A stretch of 35,219 nt of DNA from an uncultured virus (IMG/VR IMGVR_UViG_3300030202_001399). Taxonomy: Duplodnaviria > Heunggongvirae > Uroviricota > Caudoviricetes. Of the stretch, positions 9,308 to 17,633 are shown one piece after another. The stretch lies in the IMG/VR virus record IMGVR_UViG_3300030202_001399, one strand, 5' to 3'. The notes beneath the pieces are model-generated. The model ran no database searches, had not been told where the DNA came from, and saw only the letters and a list, made by a program, of their open reading frames with translations. The position numbers and the translations under genes were made by a program. Numbering within the stretch: position 1 is the first letter of the stretch; each line of letters opens with the position of its first letter.

Positions 9308-9529
9308 CTAATGCCCGCCCCAAAGTGAAGAAAGAATGTGCCATCCACCTGAAAACATATCATAGCCTAACACTGCTATTCCATGTCCAAGGAAGAAACT
9401 AGCAATAGATGAGATGATTCCCCAAAGCCAAAACCTTGCTCTCAGAAACCAAACATCAGCAGAATGCGCTCGTTGTAAATCATATGCGAGAGTGGATTCA
9501 TCCATCCCGAATAAGATTTCACTTACCAT
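9308..9529 (-). CDS. Small membrane protein
   Basis: 73 aa; TM-like FWLWGIISSIASFFLGHGIAVLGY followed by a Trp-containing amphipathic tail; GAGTGA upstream. Confidence 0.7.
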   Translation of the reverse strand: MVSEILFGMDESTLAYDLQRAHSADVWFLRARFWLWGIISSIASFFLGHGIAVLGYDMFSGGWHILSSLWGGH

Positions 9530-9534
9530 TCAAA

Positions 9535-9963
9535 TCACTCTTGGAATCCTGTCAAGAAAGTAGGACTAACTGTTTGCACTTCTTGTTGCTTTTGTATTGT
9601 AGGGAGATTTGGGTCTCCATACACTGTTTGTCCAACACCGAATTGTTGTTGGAAACCTCTGAATGATTCCCTTACTCTCTTTCGGTTTTCTTCATCTCTT
9701 GCTTTTCTGTTCCAGTATGAATTGATTTGTCTTTGAAGTAGGAAATCTTCAATGTAGTCGTTAACGAACAAATCAAACAATGCCTTTAGAATGACTATGC
9801 CACCTACGGTTAATACCCCGAATATCATAGCCACAGGATATGGCCCGTATGCATTCACAAAAGTAGAACCATATTGTGAAAAGAAGTATACGTTGATTCC
9901 GCTAACTGCTCCGACAAATAGAACAGTCATTATCAGTCTAGTATCTGTATCTATGCTTGGCAT
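9535..9963 (-). CDS. Two-TM membrane protein with charged/Q-rich C-terminal tail
   Basis: ATG 9963 after GAGGTGA; TMs LIMTVLFVGAVSGINVYFF and VAMIFGVLTVGGIVILKALF. Confidence 0.75.
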   Translation of the reverse strand: MPSIDTDTRLIMTVLFVGAVSGINVYFFSQYGSTFVNAYGPYPVAMIFGVLTVGGIVILKALFDLFVNDYIEDFLLQRQINSYWNRKARDEENRKRVRESFRGFQQQFGVGQTVYGDPNLPTIQKQQEVQTVSPTFLTGFQE

Positions 9964-9973
9964 GTTAATCACC

Positions 9974-10270
9974 TCAAGCAAAGTTCACAGAAGCAGTTCC
10001 TGTGCCAGTGATTTGAACGAATATCCCATTCGCTACAAGAACACCGTGTAGGTCTTGCTCGATAGTTTGAGCAGTACCTCCTGCATGTAATACTAGACGA
10101 GCAACCTCCTTCTTGCCCGATGTGGATGAATCGTCACTGTCCCATATCTTGACAGTCATTACAGCATTTGCTGTTGATGTAGCGTGAACACTCATTATCT
10201 TAGCGTGGTGCTTTACTGCTACTGTGCTTGTAGAAAGAACTCCTGTGCTGTTGCAGGTAGGTGATGCCAT
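9974..10270 (-). CDS. Small beta-rich putative virion protein
   Basis: Real start likely ATG 10270 (MASPTCNSTG), TGATG-coupled; S/T/V-rich, ends NGIFVQITGTGTASVNFA. Confidence 0.6.
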   Translation of the reverse strand: MASPTCNSTGVLSTSTVAVKHHAKIMSVHATSTANAVMTVKIWDSDDSSTSGKKEVARLVLHAGGTAQTIEQDLHGVLVANGIFVQITGTGTASVNFA

Positions 10271-10770
10271 CACTCTGCCTCCGACAATCTCTCTACTAGG
10301 TCTGCTTTCTTTCCTTCTGTGGAAAGACCCTTTTCTGTCAAAACAACCTTGAGTTCCTTGACGGTTAGTTCTGACCAATCCATATCCAACGGTGCTTCAC
10401 CATCTTCTACGACTTCTTCTACCACTGGCTCTTCTACCACTGGTTCTTCGACTACGGGAGTCTCCTTGATGAGATTAGGTATGAAGGACTTCTTGGCTGA
10501 TGGGAACAATGCAGCCTTAACTGCTTTAGCATCTCCCTCTAGTCCAAACTCCTTCTTGAGTAAGTTTAGATTGTACTCATTCAAACTGAGAACTTCTGTT
10601 GAATCAGTAGAATCTAGTTCTACTAGAAGCCCTTGGTCTCCTAGCATTCCTATTGCTATCCCCAAAGGAACAATAGTTTCTTCTTGCGCTGTTAATGCGT
10701 ATGTATTGCCAGCCCTTCTAAGTAGAAGAGGACCGGATACTCTATGTCTTGCTAACTTTACCTTTGCCAT
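10270..10770 (-). CDS. Protein with C-terminal SAP/HeH-like DNA-binding motif
   Basis: DWSELTVKELKVVLTEKGLSTEGKKADLVERL matches the SAP consensus; preceded by a PVVEE-repeat linker; AAGGTGA RBS. Confidence 0.75.
   Translation of the reverse strand: MAKVKLARHRVSGPLLLRRAGNTYALTAQEETIVPLGIAIGMLGDQGLLVELDSTDSTEVLSLNEYNLNLLKKEFGLEGDAKAVKAALFPSAKKSFIPNLIKETPVVEEPVVEEPVVEEVVEDGEAPLDMDWSELTVKELKVVLTEKGLSTEGKKADLVERLSEAE
10403..10458 (-). repeat. 15-bp coding tandem repeat (PVVEE x3)
   Basis: tcttctaccactgg occurs twice plus degenerate copies; protein PVVEEPVVEEPVVEEVVE. Confidence 0.7.
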
Positions 10771-10792
10771 TTTATCACCTTATTTTTTGTTG

Positions 10793-10830
10793 GTAGTAAC
10801 CCCTGCCCTGTTACGGGCAGAGGCTACTAC
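10793..10830 (-). promoter_or_regulatory. 16-bp RNA stem-loop downstream of the capsid/decoration genes
   Basis: Minus strand GTAGTAGCCTCTGCCC-GTAACA-GGGCAGGGGTTACTAC; fully paired with two G-U pairs only on the coding strand. Confidence 0.7.
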
Positions 10831-10858
10831 TTTACGTTATCACTTAATCATTGTTATT

Positions 10859-11194
10859 TCAGAGATTACCATAGACACGGACTCTTACCATGCCTTCGTC
10901 CCCTGTACCTGATTGTTGTGCAGAGCCAGTAGACAGGATAAGTTTGGCACTTGTTCCTGACTCGTATGCTCCTGCGGTGCTGATGACGGCTCTTGCACTG
11001 TGTCCAATCTCCTCTACACCCGTTACTAGAACACAGTGTAGGGAAGACAGACCCAATTCAGCAGCAGTCAGAGTTATTCCACCCTGAACGTATGCACTTA
11101 TGTTGACTATTGCATCAACCACATACTCGTCACCTGCGACCTTTGGGGCAGTTACGCCCTTATGGTCAGCAACTAGAGTAACTGCGTGTGTCAA
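10859..11194 (-). CDS. Putative capsid decoration/cement protein
   Basis: 111 aa, small-residue beta-rich, directly after the MCP; GAGGTGA RBS. Confidence 0.55.
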   Translation of the reverse strand: MTHAVTLVADHKGVTAPKVAGDEYVVDAIVNISAYVQGGITLTAAELGLSSLHCVLVTGVEEIGHSARAVISTAGAYESGTSAKLILSTGSAQQSGTGDEGMVRVRVYGNL

Positions 11195-11205
11195 CTCTAA
11201 TCACC

Positions 11206-12567
11206 TCAAGCACTCTTAATGTTGGTTATCTTACCTTGTCCCTTGAAGAACGAACATCCGGTTTCAGCCATAGTTCGGTACATACCTTGGTTTCCAAGTT
11301 TGCCAACACCGAATGGGTTTCCACTAGTGATACCATCCTCGAAATACTGAGTAGGCTTCATTACAGACAACCACATGTGGTCTGTGTCTAGAATGAGTAT
11401 GTCACTCAGAGTGTTGGTTGTGTTTGCACCAGTTGATGGCATGTCCTTTGTTGGAATGATTGGGATATCATAGTATGTTGCAACTCTGAATCCAACCTCT
11501 GCACCCTTAACTCCACGAACTCCGTTGTGGGTAGGTACGATTTCTTTCCTGTCCATGAACCTCTCTTGGCTTTGTAGTAAGTCAGCAAGGTGCTGTACTG
11601 TATCATATCCAGTTAGGATAACCTTCGGGTTTCCACCGTTCTGCCTGATTCTCCTAATCATGTCGTTAAGCATGGTTAGAGTTAGAACTCTAGCATCGCC
11701 AGCAGCATATCCTGCACCGAAGTCAACCTCTGCATCCAAGAAGGAAGCAGTTCCAGTTGCACTGTTGCTTGAAACAGACACAGTTCGGGTAGTACCGAAT
11801 AGTCTTACTACATCAGCGACTACTGCGGAGTTGTCTCCGTTGTTAGCACCAGTATCCAATAGGTTTGCGTTGTACATAGCAGCAATCTCACCAGCAGATG
11901 AAACAATCTTTAGTAGAGAAGTATAGTTTCTCTCGATTGTTGTTGCAGTACCATCATCGTATCTCTCAAGAGGCATAACTAGCATCTTGCTCTGAGTCTC
12001 TGCGTGTAGTTTACCCATGTCTTCTCTTACGATAGCACGAATGTCACCAACACCATCATCGATTGCAGCAAGTTCCATTCCAAGTTCTGAGAACTCGAAT
12101 AGATGAGCAACAGTCTTTGGACTGATGTATAGTTTCTCATACTGTGGTGCAATAGGTGGGATATCGTTTCCAGTTCCTAGAGTTGCGTTCTCACCAACAC
12201 CACCGATTTTGTCTGCTCTTGGTGTGTCTGAGCCTTCAGCACCAGTTCCTATTCCGAATGCAGAACCTGAACCACCTTCTGCTCTGCTCTTTAGAACTCT
12301 CCATCCACTAGATGTGTATGGTCTCTTTGCGAGCATAGCAAGAGGGTTAACCTCTTGGTTTAGCATTGACCATACTTTCTGTCCGTAAAGAACATTGTAT
12401 AGGTCTCCTAACCCACTAGCAGCAGAAAACGGGTTGCTTGCTGCATCGTGGGGCGTTCCGAAACCACCAACGACACCAGCCGCTTTCAACAGGGCGTTAC
12501 CTGATGCGCCAGCATAGCCGTATGTGGCTGCTTCTAAGTCTTTTACTGTGTTAATATATCCACTCAT
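11206..12567 (-). CDS. Major capsid protein (HK97 fold)
   Basis: 453 aa immediately after the protease/scaffold; G/A-rich; P-domain-like C-terminus (TYYDIPIIPTKDMP...ILILDTDH...FFKGQGKITNI); AAGGTGA RBS. Confidence 0.9.
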   Translation of the reverse strand: MSGYINTVKDLEAATYGYAGASGNALLKAAGVVGGFGTPHDAASNPFSAASGLGDLYNVLYGQKVWSMLNQEVNPLAMLAKRPYTSSGWRVLKSRAEGGSGSAFGIGTGAEGSDTPRADKIGGVGENATLGTGNDIPPIAPQYEKLYISPKTVAHLFEFSELGMELAAIDDGVGDIRAIVREDMGKLHAETQSKMLVMPLERYDDGTATTIERNYTSLLKIVSSAGEIAAMYNANLLDTGANNGDNSAVVADVVRLFGTTRTVSVSSNSATGTASFLDAEVDFGAGYAAGDARVLTLTMLNDMIRRIRQNGGNPKVILTGYDTVQHLADLLQSQERFMDRKEIVPTHNGVRGVKGAEVGFRVATYYDIPIIPTKDMPSTGANTTNTLSDILILDTDHMWLSVMKPTQYFEDGITSGNPFGVGKLGNQGMYRTMAETGCSFFKGQGKITNIKSA

Positions 12568-12568
12568 T

Positions 12569-13267
12569 TTAGTTCACCTTCCTTGCGAGGTTGTGTATGT
12601 CTCCCCATGACATCTCAGCCATTGCGTCAGCAGTGGTTGGGAATCCTTCAGGTAGAGAGAAAGCGACTTCTGTTGCTTTCCTTATCTCATCATCCTTTGC
12701 GGTAAGAGACTTGCGTAGTTCTGCAAACTCTTCTTTTAGAGCCGCTACTTCTGACGAAGCATCGTACTCTGCTCGCTCTGCGGCTGATTTCTTAACTTCG
12801 AGTTCAGCAGCAAATCTGTCAGCGAATGTCTTCGATAGGTTATCGTAAGCCATTGCTTCTAGTTTCTCTGCTTTGTAAGCCTCGTAAGCCTTCTCCACAT
12901 TCTCGGCACTTAGGTCGAGAGTAGTAAAGTCAGACCCTTCTAGACCCTTAGAGACTGATAGCGCAGCAGGAGCAGCCTTTGGCTTTCCGCCACTTACTAC
13001 TTCTTCTCCGGCCTCGTAATCTCTTGTCGAGTCCTCATCAAGAGCCTTGTCCATATCGTCCATGCTCTCAACCTCGTCTTCCTTCATTGACATTTTATCT
13101 GCCATGTCCATGCTCTCAACATCTTCTTCTTCTTTCATCGTTTCTTCTTCTTTCATTTCCATTGTCTCCAATTCATCTTCTTTTGTTATAGAGTCACCAG
13201 TGACTTCTCTGACTTGCGTTAGCAATCCATTGAGTTCTTCCAGTGCTTTCTCCAATTTTTCCGTCAT
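12569..13267 (-). CDS. Nested in-frame scaffold protein
   Basis: AGGAGGT (13274-13280) lies 6 nt before an internal ATG at 13267 (MTEKLEKALEE), right after the protease domain ends. Confidence 0.7.
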   Translation of the reverse strand: MTEKLEKALEELNGLLTQVREVTGDSITKEDELETMEMKEEETMKEEEDVESMDMADKMSMKEDEVESMDDMDKALDEDSTRDYEAGEEVVSGGKPKAAPAALSVSKGLEGSDFTTLDLSAENVEKAYEAYKAEKLEAMAYDNLSKTFADRFAAELEVKKSAAERAEYDASSEVAALKEEFAELRKSLTAKDDEIRKATEVAFSLPEGFPTTADAMAEMSWGDIHNLARKVN

Positions 13268-13807
13268 ATTTTTACCTCCTTTTTCGTGTTTTAGTATGTC
13301 GAATTTTGCTTCGGGGTTAATTCCTTTTTCACAGATAGTAACTTCATGCAACTCTAAGTTGTCAATCTCATTGTATTCTCCGTATTCCTCCGATTTTCTT
13401 TCTCTTTTTGATATCGCTTGACCGCCTATGCTGAATGACCGGAGAGTTCCTTTCCTGATACCCCTGTTGATTTCTTTTGCCTTCTCTATGTCATCTCTCA
13501 TTTTGATAACCACATAGAATCCGACACCATCTACACCTGTTTTGTGTAATACACCATTGGTATCTCGGTATTGCTCTATCACCTCTCCTACTTGCACATT
13601 GGAATGATTAGACATTACGTTTCTGTAAGATTTCTCAGTCATGAAATCTTTAACCGCTTTTTCAAGTGCTTCGAGAGTAATCAAGTCATTCTGCTTGTCT
13701 ACTATTTCGATGGATGCATAGCCTCCAATTACTAAGTTATCTGACTTTAGTATTTGAAAACCAGCAACACTTTCCTGCTTAATCAATACCTCCTGCTCTG
13801 CAAACAC
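12569..13807 (-). CDS. Prohead protease fused to scaffold domain
   Basis: HK97/assemblin-type motifs IGGYAS..VDKQND, NHS (His), RSFSIGG (Ser), LHEVTICEKGINPEA; acidic coiled-coil C-half. Confidence 0.88.
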   Translation of the reverse strand: MFAEQEVLIKQESVAGFQILKSDNLVIGGYASIEIVDKQNDLITLEALEKAVKDFMTEKSYRNVMSNHSNVQVGEVIEQYRDTNGVLHKTGVDGVGFYVVIKMRDDIEKAKEINRGIRKGTLRSFSIGGQAISKRERKSEEYGEYNEIDNLELHEVTICEKGINPEAKFDILKHEKGGKNMTEKLEKALEELNGLLTQVREVTGDSITKEDELETMEMKEEETMKEEEDVESMDMADKMSMKEDEVESMDDMDKALDEDSTRDYEAGEEVVSGGKPKAAPAALSVSKGLEGSDFTTLDLSAENVEKAYEAYKAEKLEAMAYDNLSKTFADRFAAELEVKKSAAERAEYDASSEVAALKEEFAELRKSLTAKDDEIRKATEVAFSLPEGFPTTADAMAEMSWGDIHNLARKVN

Positions 13808-13845
13808 TCACCGTACCTAATTTTCTTACTATAAGAAGTAGGTGG

Positions 13846-16410
13846 TTATTGAGGTAGTTCTAAATTACTATACTTATCCTTTGTAATGTCGATAATTCCT
13901 TCATCAGATGAGTCTTCTAACATTTCTTGTTTCTTGCCTGTAAATACTATCCAAGACTTCTTTTCATCTAAGGGAACAACACGGAAATGTATTCTAGATT
14001 GAAACTTATCTCCTTCCATTCTATATTCGTGATACCCATCTCGTTGAACACCAAAGATTAACTCTCCACTATCTAGTATCTTGTTGCTGTCTATCTTGTC
14101 TGACACCTTTGCAGGGAATTTTCCTGACTTACCAAACAAATCGAATATGTCTTCGGGCTTATCTATGTCAATTAACCAAGCCATTCTTTTGTTATCTGTC
14201 TCAATCACAAAATCGATGTTACCATCTTCTCGTTGTCTAACTTCAAACTCTCCTGCTAGTTCTTCTTCTTCGTCTTTTTCTATATTCTCAGGAGACACAT
14301 CAAATCTGTTTGGAGAAAGGAAAACAAAAGCATCTTGATTTTTCATCCAAGCCAGTAGTTCTTTTGGTTTACCTTCAAAGATTTCATCATATGCGTCTTC
14401 CTCTGTAATCCTGAGTTTTTCTTCTAGTTCGTCAAACTCTATTGCTTTTTGATTGTCCTCTATGATTTTTCTAATTGCAACTCTTAGTTTGGACTTTCTA
14501 GATTTCATTAGTTTCTCTAGTTGACCCTTCCAATCATCCATGTTGTAAAGAGCATTCTTCTGCATTAATGAATCACCATCAAAACCGTAGACAGTAAATC
14601 CATCTAGTTCATGCTTGCAGATTATCTCTGCTTCACCGTGAACGTAATCGGTAACAATATACTTCTTTATCTTCTTCTTGTTCTTTTTCTCTCTTTGCAA
14701 TTCTGCAATAACTGTTAGAGGATTTGCTAAATCAGATGGTTTGAGGAAAGGATGTCTTGGCACTAATGCTTTCTTTGTCTTAGTGGCTAGTTGTTCTAGT
14801 GTTTCTAGTTTATCTGATTCATCGACTTCAGGCAACTCTATCACTTTAGCAGAATAGAGACTGAAGCCCTTTCCTTTCTTAGTAACCTCATCAACCTTAA
14901 CACGAATGATTGTACCTATGTCAACCTCAACTTTAGTATTCAATGCCTTACCAACAGGAAGATAATTTTTATCATCAAGTTCTACTGTCTTCATCTCTCT
15001 AGTTTGTTCCGCAGTCAATGGGCCAATACCCATAGTGTAAGAATGTAGGCCACTCTTTGTCTTCTTATCCTCTAGGACTATTACATCTAAATCGACAAAC
15101 TTCTTCCACTTAATCCACTTTGGGTTTTTCTTTCTACCCATGTAATAAGTTGATTCTATATCTTTAATGACAACACCTTCTGAAGTAGGCATGTCCATAA
15201 TTTTCTCTGCGTATTCTCCAACTTCCTCCATAGAATCAGCAATTCTTGTATCCTTTTTGGAAGGGAATGCTAATGCATCAGACGAATGCTGTGAATATTG
15301 GTAAAACATAATGTTGATTCTTTCTCTCAAAGGCTCATCCATCATATCTTTACCTTCATGTTTCATTACATCAAACACATGCGCTCTTAGAGTTGTATCA
15401 GGTATCTTTTTCTTGAAAATGTGAGTGATTACATTTGCTCTGTGTAGAGCATCATCTCCTTGAAAGAGAAGAAGTTCCCCATCTAATATACAATCACCTA
15501 TACCTTTCTTTTCCATTTTCTCTACAATTTCAGGACACTTATCTGTTATATCCTTTTGATTGTATGAATAGACTTTGATGTTATTTCCTACCTTGTGAAT
15601 CTGTATTCTCATCCCGTCATATTTCTCTTGAACGACATACTCACCACTTAGTCCTTTGATATCTTTCATATCATCTAGTTCAAAGATACGATACATTGGT
15701 TTGTTCGGTATGATAAAATCAATGTCTTCTTTCTGTTCTTCTGACTTTGCAATGTCTATGTCTTTCAAGGATTCCCATTTGTCTTCTGAATAACTCTCAT
15801 CATATACTTCTTCTAATATAGAAAGTGCTTCCTTGAATTTCCCCTTGACTCTCTTTGAATCCTTGTCATCTCCATAATGCTCTATGATGTAAAGAGGAAT
15901 ATCTTTTTCTTCTAAATCTAAACCCATAAATCCTTGAGTGATTTCATCAGGTTTTAGTTCGTTCTCTTCCCATGCTTTCTTGGGTATTGGATTTGAGTGA
16001 CTTCTTAATGCATAGTGAATGAAGGCTGCAAAGGTGGCTTTATCCTCCAACAATACCTCTAATACCTTGTCTCCTAATTGTTTTGAGAATGGGTCTGACG
16101 CACCTTTTGACTCAAATCTCATTCTCTTTACATCTTCATAGATTCTTCTAGCAAGAAGACTCTCTGCTTCGTATACCTTATCATCAAAGAGTTCCTTCTC
16201 TGTAATGTGTTCCTTCAGTTCAGAAGCGAACTCTCCTAGTCCGTCATACTCTTCACGAATAGACTTGACAGTTTCCTTCCATTTATTGCCATATTCCTTT
16301 TGGTTTTCCTTTGCAGATAGATATGCATAACGTACTCTCTCAAAGAAATCTAAAACTCTTTTTGATAGAGCCTTAGTTTCCTTTTCAAAGGACACGCCTG
16401 ATGTTGTCAT
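13846..16410 (-). CDS. lig: ATP-dependent DNA ligase with N-terminal helical domain and C-terminal LigD-phosphoesterase-like domain
   Basis: Motif I QEKYDGMR, III ILDGEL, IIIa HVFDVM, IV EGVVIK, V WIKWKK/LDVIV, then an OB fold. Confidence 0.88.
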   Translation of the reverse strand: MTTSGVSFEKETKALSKRVLDFFERVRYAYLSAKENQKEYGNKWKETVKSIREEYDGLGEFASELKEHITEKELFDDKVYEAESLLARRIYEDVKRMRFESKGASDPFSKQLGDKVLEVLLEDKATFAAFIHYALRSHSNPIPKKAWEENELKPDEITQGFMGLDLEEKDIPLYIIEHYGDDKDSKRVKGKFKEALSILEEVYDESYSEDKWESLKDIDIAKSEEQKEDIDFIIPNKPMYRIFELDDMKDIKGLSGEYVVQEKYDGMRIQIHKVGNNIKVYSYNQKDITDKCPEIVEKMEKKGIGDCILDGELLLFQGDDALHRANVITHIFKKKIPDTTLRAHVFDVMKHEGKDMMDEPLRERINIMFYQYSQHSSDALAFPSKKDTRIADSMEEVGEYAEKIMDMPTSEGVVIKDIESTYYMGRKKNPKWIKWKKFVDLDVIVLEDKKTKSGLHSYTMGIGPLTAEQTREMKTVELDDKNYLPVGKALNTKVEVDIGTIIRVKVDEVTKKGKGFSLYSAKVIELPEVDESDKLETLEQLATKTKKALVPRHPFLKPSDLANPLTVIAELQREKKNKKKIKKYIVTDYVHGEAEIICKHELDGFTVYGFDGDSLMQKNALYNMDDWKGQLEKLMKSRKSKLRVAIRKIIEDNQKAIEFDELEEKLRITEEDAYDEIFEGKPKELLAWMKNQDAFVFLSPNRFDVSPENIEKDEEEELAGEFEVRQREDGNIDFVIETDNKRMAWLIDIDKPEDIFDLFGKSGKFPAKVSDKIDSNKILDSGELIFGVQRDGYHEYRMEGDKFQSRIHFRVVPLDEKKSWIVFTGKKQEMLEDSSDEGIIDITKDKYSNLELPQ

Positions 16411-16416
16411 CCACCA

Positions 16417-16905
16417 TCAAAACCTTCGTGCCATTGGTTTCTTTGCACCATCAAAAGGGTCAACGTCTTTGACTTCTTTCATTTCCCTAATCATTGCTCG
16501 CATATCCCCAACTATCTTAGTTCTCTTATCAGGAGGTGCTTGGCGGAACTTTTCTTGCAGTTCGTCAAGTAAGTCTTCTAACATATTTTTATGCCCTGAT
16601 AATGCATCAGACTGCCTTTGTTCTATACTTCCTTCAACAAACTGCTTTCTCAATTCATCACATAGGGCATCGAACTTTTTCATACTTCCATCATTGACTT
16701 TATCCTCTTTGCCTTCGATGTTGCTCAGGTCTCTCATCTTGACTTCTGATGGATTTTTCTTGGGCTTCTTGACTTTCATCTCTTCTCCCATGACCTTCTC
16801 ATCGAGTTCTAGTCTTCCAAGATGTCCTGCATCTTGTAGAATCTCTTTGGCTTTTAGTATTGCTAATTCAATTATTTTCTCTTCTTTCGTAACTCTTTCC
16901 GGCAT
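16417..16905 (-). CDS. Hypothetical K/E-rich protein
   Basis: 162 aa; GGGGTGA RBS; in operon. Confidence 0.7.
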   Translation of the reverse strand: MPERVTKEEKIIELAILKAKEILQDAGHLGRLELDEKVMGEEMKVKKPKKNPSEVKMRDLSNIEGKEDKVNDGSMKKFDALCDELRKQFVEGSIEQRQSDALSGHKNMLEDLLDELQEKFRQAPPDKRTKIVGDMRAMIREMKEVKDVDPFDGAKKPMARRF

Positions 16906-16911
16906 TTTAAT

Positions 16912-17133
16912 TCACCCCATTTTCTCCGTCATCTTGCGAATCTCATCCCAAGACATTGTTCCACCATCAGGAACTTGTGTATTGTTCATAACTGGTGTTG
17001 GAGTCTCACGAACGACAAGCCCTGCTTTCATCAGCATGTTGTCCTTGTTGTATACTGCGTCTTCCAAGGCATTCACCTTGTTGACAAGTTCTTTCATTAG
17101 TAGTAACATTTCATTTTCTTCTTTCTTGCTCAT
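16912..17133 (-). CDS. Small coiled-coil protein ending in a scaffold-like MSWDEIRKM peptide
   Basis: 73 aa; ATGA-coupled. Confidence 0.7.
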   Translation of the reverse strand: MSKKEENEMLLLMKELVNKVNALEDAVYNKDNMLMKAGLVVRETPTPVMNNTQVPDGGTMSWDEIRKMTEKMG

Positions 17134-17453
17134 CTTTCATACTTCCTTTGTTCCCCTTCTAGTTTGAATGTTAATTCACCATCTGAACCAGCAAATATTG
17201 CGGCGTAGCCTTTGTCCCCATATAGTTTCCTTGCTATCTCTTGTGCCTTTGTCCGTGTCATTTTCAAGTCAGTGAGTTTAATGGTTGCATACATTTGTTT
17301 CCTTTCACCTGCTTCTCTTATTATTGGGTCTACTTTCTCTATGAACAAATCAATATACTCAGGCAATGATAGATTGTCATTACTTCTATCATCAAACTCT
17401 GATGCTCTAGGGTTTCTTATTGGTGGTGCTTTTAGTATATCATGCCATGTCAT
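17130..17453 (-). CDS. Hypothetical protein with MTWHDILK leader
   Basis: 107 aa; shared leader motif. Confidence 0.7.
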   Translation of the reverse strand: MTWHDILKAPPIRNPRASEFDDRSNDNLSLPEYIDLFIEKVDPIIREAGERKQMYATIKLTDLKMTRTKAQEIARKLYGDKGYAAIFAGSDGELTFKLEGEQRKYER

Positions 17454-17633
17454 TTAATTTTCCCTCGCTTTCTTGTTTCTCTCACGTATCATAGCCAACA
17501 GTTCTGCTTCTTTATCCTCAGTCCTCTTGGCCGCTTCTTTATCTTGTCCGGTAGAGGCTGTCGTTGTAACTCTTGCCATCTCATCTGACTTCTCTGTGCC
17601 ACAATCTCCCTTTAGTGTTTCAAACCAACTCAT
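17454..17633 (-). CDS. Small protein with MSWFETLK leader (59 aa, not in ORF track)
   Basis: MSWFETLKGDCGTEKSDEMARVTTTAS...RERNKKAREN*; ATGA overlap upstream, TAA abuts the next ATG; GAGGTGG RBS. Confidence 0.75.
   Translation of the reverse strand: MSWFETLKGDCGTEKSDEMARVTTTASTGQDKEAAKRTEDKEAELLAMIRERNKKAREN

Noticed and set aside
9308..9963. Firm holin annotation
   Set aside because: TM topology is compatible, but there is no endolysin or recognisable family motif; kept as a hypothesis only.
13808..13845. Late promoter or hairpin before the protease gene (TTCTTA-CTA-TAAGAA; TTATAGTA)
   Set aside because: Plausible but short and AT-rich, and I found no clear second copy to define a consensus.
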